27,005 nucleotides of DNA from a virus. Taxonomy: Duplodnaviria; Caudoviricetes. The translations under genes and the position numbers were made by a program. Every line of letters begins with the position of its first letter. The stretch's first letter is position 1. The notes under the pieces are model-generated. The model saw nothing but the letters and a program-made list of their open reading frames with translations. It was not told where the DNA came from and did no database searches. Positions 1-7,138 of the stretch are shown piece by piece. The stretch spans positions 1 to 27,005 of the IMG/VR virus record IMGVR_UViG_3300049142_000021. One strand, 5' to 3'.

Positions 1-30
1 GTCGGCGGGATACGTCGGGGGAAGCGTCAC
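1..30 (-). CDS. Possible 5' end of the next operon gene, running off the window (MTLPPTYPAD...)
   Basis: GTG at 30 with AGGGG about 9 nt upstream, 16 nt after the ASCH stop; open to the window edge. Only 10 codons visible. Confidence 0.35.
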   Translation of the reverse strand, partial: MTLPPTYPAD

Positions 31-46
31 CGCCGACCGCCCCTGT

Positions 47-412
47 CTATGAGTGCGCGCTGATCAACTCGATCTCGATCGCGAGAGCGCCGAGCGCTTC
101 TTTCTCGGGCGAGTAGATACCGCGGATGTTCGCGAGCTGCTGCTCGCGGCTCGTGGTGGGGTTCACGTTCGCCGGTCCCTCGCCGTCGAGCAGCGCCTCG
201 AAGTTCGGATACTCGGTCACCCGCAGCACCCGAACGTCGCACGTCTCGTCGGTGTTCTTGATCCGGAACCGGATCGTGTCGCCCGCGGCCATATTGGCGA
301 GGTGCGGGTACTTCACCCGAACCTCGATCGTCTTGCTGCCGGCGGCGACGAGCTCGAAGTACCGGCGGTACAGGTTCAGCTCGTGCCTGCGGGCGGTGGT
401 GGTGTCGCTCAT
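47..412 (-). CDS. ASCH (PUA-like) domain protein, 121 aa
   Basis: ASCH motif YFELVAAGSKTIEVR...GDTIRF...YPNFEALL...IRGIYSPEKE-LGALAIEIEL. Start ATG at 412 overlaps the upstream stop as ATGA; the longer 47..1069 ORF is a spurious N-terminal extension. Confidence 0.88.
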   Translation of the reverse strand: MSDTTTARRHELNLYRRYFELVAAGSKTIEVRVKYPHLANMAAGDTIRFRIKNTDETCDVRVLRVTEYPNFEALLDGEGPANVNPTTSREQQLANIRGIYSPEKEALGALAIEIELISAHS

Positions 413-1518
413 GGGGTCGTGACGCTCCTCGTCGGTTGGGACATCAGGCGGCCGAGCTCGCCGGCCGAGTACGCGCGGAAGAAGTGCCGCGGGTCGGCGA
501 GCAGCACGTCGGCCATGTCGAGCAGCCGATCGACGTAGTCGGACAACGAGCCGGGCCACATCCGAGTGTCGAGCATCCAGGGCGCGGAACCTGCGGGCAA
601 CGACGCCTTGCCGTCCCGGATAAGGGACTTCGACAGCTTCGCGCCCGTATCGGTGACGACCTGCGGGCAGAACAGCCGGGTTGGCAGTTGCGCGCCAACG
701 AGTCCGATCGCGGTCAGCGCGTTGTCGATGAGCGTCGAGCCGAACACCCAGTCGCCGCCCTTTACCATGACGGACAGTCGGTCGCGGTCGGCGGTCGCCA
801 TGACCTCTTTGACGAGGTTTCGGTACAGCGTGGCGAGGTCGAGGTAACCGCCGCCTGCGGGGTCGATGGCGACCTCGTACGGCCCGTGATGCATGCAGAC
901 CGCGTGAACCTCGGCGTGATCGGTGTCGAGCAGGATGCGGGTCCGCTCGGCGTACTTCTCCGCCCAACCGCAGCCCGGCGTCGGGCAGGGGACTCGTACG
1001 TGCGGTACGCCGTGCCCAGGGTCGAGCCACCAGCGGGCGGCGTCGATGCGGCGGTGTGCTCGTAACCATGTGCGCCGGTACTGCTCGGTCTGCTGCTGCC
1101 GCGAGTACATCTCGATCGCGTACGGGATGGACAGCCGCGCGGACAGGGCGTCAAAGAGCGGCCGGTACAGCTCGTCGACTTGCTCGGCGAGGGCGGCCTC
1201 GCCGAGGGCGTGCGCGTAGGCACGCTGATACCGGTGCCCGGACACCGGATCTTTGACAACCTCGTGCGGAGCGTTGTCGAGGGCGCCGAAATGCACCTCG
1301 ACGGGGACGTCGAAGCGCTGCCGGACCCGAGCCGCGGCGGCGAACGAGAGGGACTGTACGAGGGACGTACCGAGGTGCGGAACGCCGTTGATCTGCGTTC
1401 CGACCACGAACGTCACCCGCGTCGGGTGCATGGTCCGTATGCGGGGCGCGAGGACGTCCTCGGCCGAGCTGAGCGCGTTCGCAAGCACGGTGTTTGGTGA
1501 GACAGGGTGAGCAGTCAT
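409..1518 (-). CDS. Class I aminoacyl-tRNA synthetase paralog (class I LysRS-like catalytic domain, no anticodon-binding domain), 369 aa
   Basis: HIGH-like GTQINGVPHLGT, KMSKS-like GAKLSKS, Zn-ligand cluster CPTPGC...CMHH, KGGDW; ends about 70 aa after KLSKS. RBS GAGGGA upstream. Confidence 0.8.
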   Translation of the reverse strand: MTAHPVSPNTVLANALSSAEDVLAPRIRTMHPTRVTFVVGTQINGVPHLGTSLVQSLSFAAAARVRQRFDVPVEVHFGALDNAPHEVVKDPVSGHRYQRAYAHALGEAALAEQVDELYRPLFDALSARLSIPYAIEMYSRQQQTEQYRRTWLRAHRRIDAARWWLDPGHGVPHVRVPCPTPGCGWAEKYAERTRILLDTDHAEVHAVCMHHGPYEVAIDPAGGGYLDLATLYRNLVKEVMATADRDRLSVMVKGGDWVFGSTLIDNALTAIGLVGAQLPTRLFCPQVVTDTGAKLSKSLIRDGKASLPAGSAPWMLDTRMWPGSLSDYVDRLLDMADVLLADPRHFFRAYSAGELGRLMSQPTRSVTTP

Positions 1519-1572
1519 GGTTCATCCCTCGGTTCGTGAACGGGACTGCGCCGCCGGGCGGCGGCCGGGGTG

Positions 1573-2106
1573 TTACCGATGAGCGGCGGTCGCACGGCGG
1601 GCGGTGAGCGGCGGTTCGGCGCCCCTCGAGTGGCGAGCACCGAGTGCGACACGGGCGCCTGCGAAGCGGATGCGGCCCGAGGCGCCTGCGTGCTCGATGT
1701 ACTCGTCGATCTCGGCGCCGTACGCGCCGGGTGACAGCGGGTCGAGCCCGACGGCGAGCAGCACAAGGCCGAGACCGGTGATGATCTGTCCCCACCGCGG
1801 AGCCCGAACGCTGAGCGCGTGGGGCGTGCCGTCGAGTCGGACCAGGACGACGCCGCGGTGCACTCGGACGCGCTGCCCGACGTCCGGCAGGGGCCGGTCT
1901 CCAGGGACCGCCCCGAGGGCGTCGGCCACCCCCATCATGCGAGCCTCGATCACTTCCGGGGTGTCGCTGTCGCGCCGGCCGGGCCGGTGCGTGATGAGTG
2001 CCGGCGCGAAGTTGCGGCCGTCGGCAGTGTGGTCGATCCACGGCCGTACACCGAGCGAGGCGATTAGGCCGGCGGTCGGGGCGACGGGGGTAAGAGTGTT
2101 CGTCAT
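1573..2106 (-). CDS. Hypothetical actinobacterial protein, 177 aa (MTNTLTPVAP...)
   Basis: ATG at 2106 overlaps the upstream stop (ATGA) with GGAG upstream; plausible globular composition. No family confidently recognised. Confidence 0.7.
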   Translation of the reverse strand: MTNTLTPVAPTAGLIASLGVRPWIDHTADGRNFAPALITHRPGRRDSDTPEVIEARMMGVADALGAVPGDRPLPDVGQRVRVHRGVVLVRLDGTPHALSVRAPRWGQIITGLGLVLLAVGLDPLSPGAYGAEIDEYIEHAGASGRIRFAGARVALGARHSRGAEPPLTARRATAAHR

Positions 2107-2297
2107 CTGTCCACTCCGGCGATTCGCATGAGGACATCGGTCATGGCGTCGGACACGTATTCCGGATCGGCGGGCAGCCGTATGCACAAGGTGCACACGG
2201 TCTCGGTCCAGCCGGGGCCCGAGTCGCTCGGGCAGGGCTGCTGCACGAGGTTCTCGGCCGTGCCGCAGACCCGGCAGCGCCCTTCTCTGTGGCTCAC
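2103..2297 (-). CDS. Small Cys4 zinc-finger-like protein, 64 aa
   Basis: GTG at 2297 overlaps the upstream stop (GTGA); CRVC...CTLC; its stop overlaps the next ATG. Confidence 0.65.
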   Translation of the reverse strand: MSHREGRCRVCGTAENLVQQPCPSDSGPGWTETVCTLCIRLPADPEYVSDAMTDVLMRIAGVDR

Positions 2298-2629
2298 CGT
2301 GCGCCCTCCGCCTGCCGCAGGGCGCACACCCGCCGGGCGAGTTCGGCGACGTGCAGCGAGCCGGCGAGCGGGCCGTCGGGCAGTCGTGCCTTGAGTACGT
2401 CCTCGGCGCGGTCGATTTCGGTCCGCAGGGCGTGCCACTTGCCCGAGTGAGGCTCGGCGTTGTCCGCCTGTCCCCGCACCGCCTCGACGAGGCGCTCGAC
2501 TTCGGGTCTGAGCTGTTCGTCGAGTTCCGCGAGCCGGGTCATCGACGGTAGTTGGCCGGTTGCGCCGAGCGCCTCGGTGATGAGTTGCTGCACCTCGTCG
2601 ACGTCGACGGCGCCCTCGATGGTTGTCAT
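2294..2629 (-). CDS. DUF6415-like helical protein, 111 aa
   Basis: Pattern LAELDEQLRPEVERLVEAV...LHVAELARRVCAL resembles Streptomyces DUF6415 proteins; ATGA coupling; GGAGG RBS. Confidence 0.65.
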   Translation of the reverse strand: MTTIEGAVDVDEVQQLITEALGATGQLPSMTRLAELDEQLRPEVERLVEAVRGQADNAEPHSGKWHALRTEIDRAEDVLKARLPDGPLAGSLHVAELARRVCALRQAEGAR

Positions 2630-2913
2630 GCTGCTACCTCCGGTCGCCGTTCGGCGGGCTGTTCGGGGAGGCGCGGGCGCGGCAGCCCGAGCAGGAACGC
2701 GACACGGTCGGCGGTGCCGTGTTCGTCGCCGTGCTCGCCGATTTCGTATCCGTAGTCGGTGATGTAGCCGTCGCCTTGAGTGGTGACGACCTCGCCGACC
2801 AAGGGGTGAAGGGGATTCGTCACGCTAAGGGCGCCATCGTGCCGTTTCGTTACGTACAGCCCGCGCGCTGCGAGCTGTTCGGCCAGAATGGCCGAGGCGG
2901 TCATCGCGTCCAT
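2626..2913 (-). CDS. Hypothetical protein, about 95 aa, first gene of the leftward accessory operon
   Basis: MDAMTASAILAEQLAARGL...LSVTNP...TADRVAFLLG; stop overlaps the next ATG; alternative start at 2904. Confidence 0.7.
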   Translation of the reverse strand: MDAMTASAILAEQLAARGLYVTKRHDGALSVTNPLHPLVGEVVTTQGDGYITDYGYEIGEHGDEHGTADRVAFLLGLPRPRLPEQPAERRPEVAA

Positions 2914-2977
2914 GCCCCGATCCCACCGCAGGGCGTGCAGTCGCGGGATACGACAACCTATGACACGGAGTTGATCA
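2914..2977. promoter_or_regulatory. Divergent promoter region of the accessory module
   Basis: 64-bp gap between divergent starts (2913 minus, 2978 plus); GGAG RBS before GTG 2978. Promoter boxes not resolved. Confidence 0.5.
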
Positions 2978-3436
2978 GTGCCTCTAGCTGCAGCGATCAC
3001 CGGAACCCGACGGACCGGGCACCGGGAACTCACCTGGTTCAGTGACCTGTTCGGCACGTATCTCGGTCCGTGGGCAACCGGCGGCGCGCACTTCTACATC
3101 GGCGGCGCGAAGGGGATCGACAGTCTCACTCTGCTGTGGTTGGCGGGGAATTCGATGAGCCGCATCACGGTCGTCGTGCCCGGCACGGTCTCGCAGCAGC
3201 CGGCCGAGGCGCGGCAGGCGATCGAGCGGTGCCGCGACCGGATCGCCGAGATCGTCGAACTCGGCGCCCCTGAGTTGCGCACGCCCGCGTTCCACGCGCG
3301 GAACCGGTACATGGTCGACCGGGCGCAGATCGCGCTCGGGTTCCCGCTCGAAGGGCCCGAGGGCACCTCGGGCACGTGGCAGACCCTGAACTATGCCGCC
3401 TCGCAGGGGAAACCTCGCCTGATCGTGCCCGTGTGA
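2978..3436 (+). CDS. SLOG superfamily protein (YspA/YpsA-DUF1273-like), 152 aa
   Basis: SLOG motifs AITGTR, IGGAKGID, ARNRYMVD, SGTWQTLNYAASQGKP. Confidence 0.85.
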   Translation: MPLAAAITGTRRTGHRELTWFSDLFGTYLGPWATGGAHFYIGGAKGIDSLTLLWLAGNSMSRITVVVPGTVSQQPAEARQAIERCRDRIAEIVELGAPELRTPAFHARNRYMVDRAQIALGFPLEGPEGTSGTWQTLNYAASQGKPRLIVPV

Positions 3437-3461
3437 GGCGGTATCCGTGCATCATGAGGAC

Positions 3462-4805
3462 ATGAGCGCGCACGACAAGGTCGTCGGCGCCGCCACACTC
3501 AAACGGTTACGCCTCGCCCGCGGTTGGTCCCTCGCCGACACCGCGCGAGCCATCATCGGCAAGGCGACGGAACTCGGGCAGCCGCTCGACTCCAGCATCG
3601 CGAGTGTGCAGCGGGCTGTCGCACGGTGGGAGTCCAGCAAGGCGCCGATCCTTCCCGGCGAGCGGTATCAACTGCTACTCGGCCACCTGTACGCCCGAGG
3701 TGCCGACGGGCAGACGTCCCTCGGCGCCGGGTCCGACTTCGGCGAGCTGCTCGACGCGCTCGCGCACCTCGGCGAGAGCGAGCGTCGCCTCGACGAGCTA
3801 CGGACGTTGCTCGTACGCACAGCGACCGACAGCGGCGGCGGGCTGCTCGCGCTGCTCGGCCCGTCGACGCAACTCGCCCTGTCGACCGTGCTCGCCGACC
3901 CGGCACAGCTCGACGAGGGACTGCTCGACGCGATGCGGCTCGCCGTCCGCGACGTGAACGGACAGATCGGCAGTGTCCCGTTCGTGAGAGTGCAGCTCTT
4001 GCTCGCCCCGATCGTCGAGTCGTGCCGACGTCTGCTTGACGCCCCCGTGCCCGAGCCGCTGCTGCCCGACCTGCAAACGGTCGCGGCGCAGGCGTACACC
4101 CTCGCCGGCCGAGCAGCGTTCGAGACACGCGACGACGAGGCATCGCGGCGCCTGTACGCCGAGGCGACCGCCGCGGCGGGCGGCACCGGGTCGTCGTGGC
4201 GGCGGGCGGTCGTCCACATGAGTCACGCCCTGGTCACCCTGTACTCGACGCCCGGCGTTGAGGCGGCGCAGCGCCTCGTCGACGCTGCGGTGCGCGATGC
4301 GCGAGCCGGCGAGAGCGTCATGGTCCGTGCCCGAGCGCACGCCTTGCAGGCAGAGATCGCTGCCCGCGCGGGCGCCGAGCGATCTGCGCAGGCGGCGCTC
4401 GCTCTTGCTTGGTACGACATGGACAGCGACCGCGACGGCGACCCGGCGCCGACGTCGTTCTCGCCCGCGCACCTACGCGGCTTCGAGGGCGTCACTGAGC
4501 TGTACGTCGGCGACCCGGCGCAGGCTCACGACTACTTCGCACGGTCGGCCGAGGCACTGCAGGCGCCGCGCGAGCGTGTGCAGCGGGCGATCGTGGCGAC
4601 CGATCAGGCGCTCGCCCGCATCCGCCTCGATGAACCGCAGGCAGCCGCCGAGCTGCTGCACGGATGTATCGACGCTGCCTCGTCGACCGGCGGCCGTGTC
4701 GCCTCGATCCGGCTGCGCCGCGCACGCACCGATCTGCGTGCGTGGCGTCGCGAAGACTGGTTCGCCGACCTCGACGACCATCTGATCGACTCGCTCGGCG
4801 CGTAG
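3462..4805 (+). CDS. XRE-family HTH regulator with C-terminal TPR-like helical repeats, 447 aa
   Basis: LKRLRLARGWSLADTARAI...VARWES HTH; Ala-rich TPR-like helices (AYTLAGRAAFE, RARAHALQAEIAARAG, DQALARIRLDEPQAAAELL); GAGGA just before ATG 3462 (alternative GTG at 3447). Confidence 0.82.
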   Translation: MSAHDKVVGAATLKRLRLARGWSLADTARAIIGKATELGQPLDSSIASVQRAVARWESSKAPILPGERYQLLLGHLYARGADGQTSLGAGSDFGELLDALAHLGESERRLDELRTLLVRTATDSGGGLLALLGPSTQLALSTVLADPAQLDEGLLDAMRLAVRDVNGQIGSVPFVRVQLLLAPIVESCRRLLDAPVPEPLLPDLQTVAAQAYTLAGRAAFETRDDEASRRLYAEATAAAGGTGSSWRRAVVHMSHALVTLYSTPGVEAAQRLVDAAVRDARAGESVMVRARAHALQAEIAARAGAERSAQAALALAWYDMDSDRDGDPAPTSFSPAHLRGFEGVTELYVGDPAQAHDYFARSAEALQAPRERVQRAIVATDQALARIRLDEPQAAAELLHGCIDAASSTGGRVASIRLRRARTDLRAWRREDWFADLDDHLIDSLGA

Positions 4806-4824
4806 TCGCCTCGGAACGCACGAA

Positions 4825-4862
4825 TGCGCCCCTGCCCGGCCGTGAGGCCAGACAGGGGCGCA
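4825..4862 (-). terminator. Hairpin terminator between convergent units (probably bidirectional)
   Basis: 17-bp stem TGCGCCCCTGTCTGGCC / GGCCGGGCAGGGGCGCA with a 4-nt loop, fully paired on the minus strand via two G:U pairs; lies between the stops at 4805 and 4868. Confidence 0.75.
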
Positions 4863-4867
4863 GTAGT

Positions 4868-5569
4868 TCATGCGATCCGGCGACGCTCGGCCGGCAGTCC
4901 AAGAGCGGTCGGCGCCGAGCTCGGCGAGGGCGACGGGTCCTCGGGCTGCGGGGCGCCGTCCCGTCTGCAGACGAGGGCGTCGGGGTCCCATTCGGGCGCC
5001 TGCAAGCTGTACCCCGCCGGGCACGTCTGCCCGTCCCTGCCGTTCGTCCCGTCGACGCCGTCTTGCCCGTCCTCGCCGGGCGGTCCCGCGGGCCCGGTCG
5101 GTCCCGGCGGTCCGGCGGGCCCGGTCGGTCCCGGCGGGCCCGCGGGCCCGGTGACGGTCGCGCCGGGCTCGCCCTGCGCCCCCGACGGGCCCGACGGACC
5201 CGGCGCCGGGGTCACGGTCGGGCCCGGCTCGCCCTGGTCGCCCTTCGGACCCCGAGCGCCGGCCGGCCCGGGGATCGGCACGGGCACCTCGGCCCGAGCG
5301 GGCAAGTCCTCGACCGCCCGCGACGGGTCCGGCGCGGCTGGCGTCGCGCCCTCGGCCTTGAGCTGCTCGCGCAGCACCCGCACGTCGCCCGCGAGGGTGC
5401 TCACAGCGCCGCCGCGTAGATCTGCCTCGGCGGCGAGGGCATCAGCCCGGCGAGCCTCGCTGTCGATCCGCAGCCACACGAGAACGACCGCCCCCGACAG
5501 CACGAGCAGCACGGCGGCGACCGCGAACGATCGCCACCGTTGCGCGAGGGTTTTCTGAGTGCGCGTCAC
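4868..5569 (-). CDS. Membrane-anchored collagen-like protein in the lysis cassette, 233 aa
   Basis: N-terminal TM ([19 protein letters not shown]), short coiled coil, interrupted Gly-X-Y repeats, C-terminal CPAGY...LVCRR; GTGA overlap with the upstream gene. Confidence 0.82.
   Translation of the reverse strand: MTRTQKTLAQRWRSFAVAAVLLVLSGAVVLVWLRIDSEARRADALAAEADLRGGAVSTLAGDVRVLREQLKAEGATPAAPDPSRAVEDLPARAEVPVPIPGPAGARGPKGDQGEPGPTVTPAPGPSGPSGAQGEPGATVTGPAGPPGPTGPAGPPGPTGPAGPPGEDGQDGVDGTNGRDGQTCPAGYSLQAPEWDPDALVCRRDGAPQPEDPSPSPSSAPTALGLPAERRRIA
5088..5152. repeat. 27-bp tandem repeat encoding GPAGPPGPT collagen units
   Basis: gcgggcccggtcggtcccggcgg repeated with 27-nt period, about 2.4 copies. 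Confidence 0.8.
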
Positions 5570-5898
5570 GTGGGCTGTCCTCCTAGCTCGACGATGCGTT
5601 CGCGCAGCCGCAAATTCTCGGCCGTGAGCGTCGTGATCTGCCCCGCTAGCGCTGCCTTATCTGCGCGTTCACTGGCGAGCTCGGCGTACGCCGCGGCGAG
5701 CAGCCGCTCGTTCTCGACGAGCTTCGTCTGCAGCTTGTCGCGCTCTTCCTGCAAGTTGTCGACGAGCGTCGAGTACCCGCCGAGCACAGCGCCCGACTGC
5801 TGCGCCGCGTTCGCGCCCCGGTGCCCGATCAACGCAGCCGCGGCCGCTGCGAGCCCGACGACGATGGTTCCGACGGCGCCGAGCGTCGCAGCGTCCAC
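5566..5898 (-). CDS. Single-TM coiled-coil lysis-cassette protein, 110 aa
   Basis: N-terminal TM ([20 protein letters not shown]) followed by a heptad-rich helix; GGAGG RBS; directly after the holin. Confidence 0.75.
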   Translation of the reverse strand: MDAATLGAVGTIVVGLAAAAAALIGHRGANAAQQSGAVLGGYSTLVDNLQEERDKLQTKLVENERLLAAAYAELASERADKAALAGQITTLTAENLRLRERIVELGGQPT

Positions 5899-5949
5899 GC
5901 GCTACCTCCGGTCGTGCAGGGGGGTGTAACCGCGGCCGATCGACCGACG

Positions 5950-6267
5950 TCACTCGGTGGTGCCGGTGCGCCCGTTGTAGGGCGACGGGTCGACCGGCCC
6001 GAGCTCGGGCACCTTCGGGTACGACGGCGGCCGCGCCCACCCGAGCAGCACGCCCGCGACGGTCTGCAGCGCTGCACCGGGCAGCCGCTCGCCGATCCAC
6101 TCGAGCAGCCTGAACACGAAGTAGTACGCGACGCCGAGCGCGACGGTCACGGCGCCCGTGACCGTCGCCGAGTCGATCTCGACGCCGGCGCGTACGGCGA
6201 GCGTGAGCAGCCACCCGACGACGAACGGCACGACAGTGCGCATGAACGATACGAACAGAGCGGGCAT
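5950..6267 (-). CDS. Putative holin, 105 aa
   Basis: Two to three hydrophobic helices; RTVVPFVVGWLL...YYFVFRLLE...LLGWARPPSY pattern of actinophage holins; follows the endolysin. Confidence 0.75.
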   Translation of the reverse strand: MPALFVSFMRTVVPFVVGWLLTLAVRAGVEIDSATVTGAVTVALGVAYYFVFRLLEWIGERLPGAALQTVAGVLLGWARPPSYPKVPELGPVDPSPYNGRTGTTE

Positions 6268-6295
6268 GAGCCGCCCCCTTCCGGTGATGGGTGAG

Positions 6296-6319
6296 CCCGG
6301 CCGCCGCGCGGCGGCCGGG
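6296..6319. other. GC-rich hairpin between endolysin and holin
   Basis: Perfect inverted repeat cccggccgccg-cg-cggcggccggg. Confidence 0.6.
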
Positions 6320-6325
6320 GAGGTG

Positions 6326-7138
6326 TCAGGCGACGACGTCGAACCCGTGCTTCGCCCCGAGGCGCCGCAGCGTCGTCGCGCCGGGCGTGCCGTCGGCGTC
6401 GCCGCCGGGCGCCGTGCCGGTGAACCCGCAACGCTGCTGCCACAGGCTGTACGCGCTCTTCGTCGCGGTCCCGAAATGCCCGTCGGCGTAGCCGGCGGCG
6501 AGCAGCCTCTCGGCGACGAGCGCCTGCTCGACGACCTTCGTCGGCGCGTACGAGACGGGCGTGCCCTTCTTCGGCGGGTCGACCTTCGACGCCTTGACGA
6601 GCTTCGCGAGGGACACCTGCGGCCGCTTCGCGCCCGACGAGTTGCCGGGCGCCGGCTTCGGCGCCGGCTTGTACTTTGGGCGGCCGAACCCGGCGATATC
6701 CGCGACGACCCGCACGCGGCGCGCGCACACGTCGAGGGTGTTGCCCTCGATCGTGTAGACGTACCGGTGATCGCTGCTCACGCCGGTCACGATGCCGACA
6801 TGGTCGATCTTGCCGATCTCGCTCGACCCGTGCCAGTCGAAGAAAATGATGTCGCCGCGGCGTATGCCGCTGTTCTTGATCCCGTTCGTCATGGCGTGCC
6901 ACTGACCGGCCGCCTTGAAGCGGGCGGCGTGCGCCACGGTGTACGCGAAGTCGGTCCCGAAGAGCACCGCCTCGCGCTCGCCGGCCTGCGTCGCCCAGTA
7001 GGTCACCGCGGCGTCGCACCACGGGAACTGATAGTTGTACGCGCTGCCGTTGCGCTCGCGGTACCACTGCTGAATGTGGTTCGGCTCGCGCAGCCCGATC
7101 GACTTCTCGGCGGCCGCGATCATCCCCTCGAGGCTCAT
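6326..7138 (-). CDS. Endolysin: CHAP domain plus C-terminal peptidoglycan-binding domain, 270 aa
   Basis: CHAP catalytic motifs PWCDAAV, GDIIFFDW, DHVGIV, TIEGNT; Pro/Lys linker; PG-binding ADGHFGTATKSAYSLWQ...ADGTPGATTL. Confidence 0.9.
   Translation of the reverse strand: MSLEGMIAAAEKSIGLREPNHIQQWYRERNGSAYNYQFPWCDAAVTYWATQAGEREAVLFGTDFAYTVAHAARFKAAGQWHAMTNGIKNSGIRRGDIIFFDWHGSSEIGKIDHVGIVTGVSSDHRYVYTIEGNTLDVCARRVRVVADIAGFGRPKYKPAPKPAPGNSSGAKRPQVSLAKLVKASKVDPPKKGTPVSYAPTKVVEQALVAERLLAAGYADGHFGTATKSAYSLWQQRCGFTGTAPGGDADGTPGATTLRRLGAKHGFDVVA

Noticed and set aside
413-1069. N-terminal 219 aa of the 47..1069 ORF
   Set aside because: Arg-rich out-of-frame shadow of the aaRS paralog; the real ASCH start is ATG 412.
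4824-5558. Plus-strand 244-aa Gly/Pro-rich ORF that looks collagen-like
   Set aside because: Antisense mirror of GGN/CCN codons of the real minus-strand collagen gene; it also crosses the terminator.
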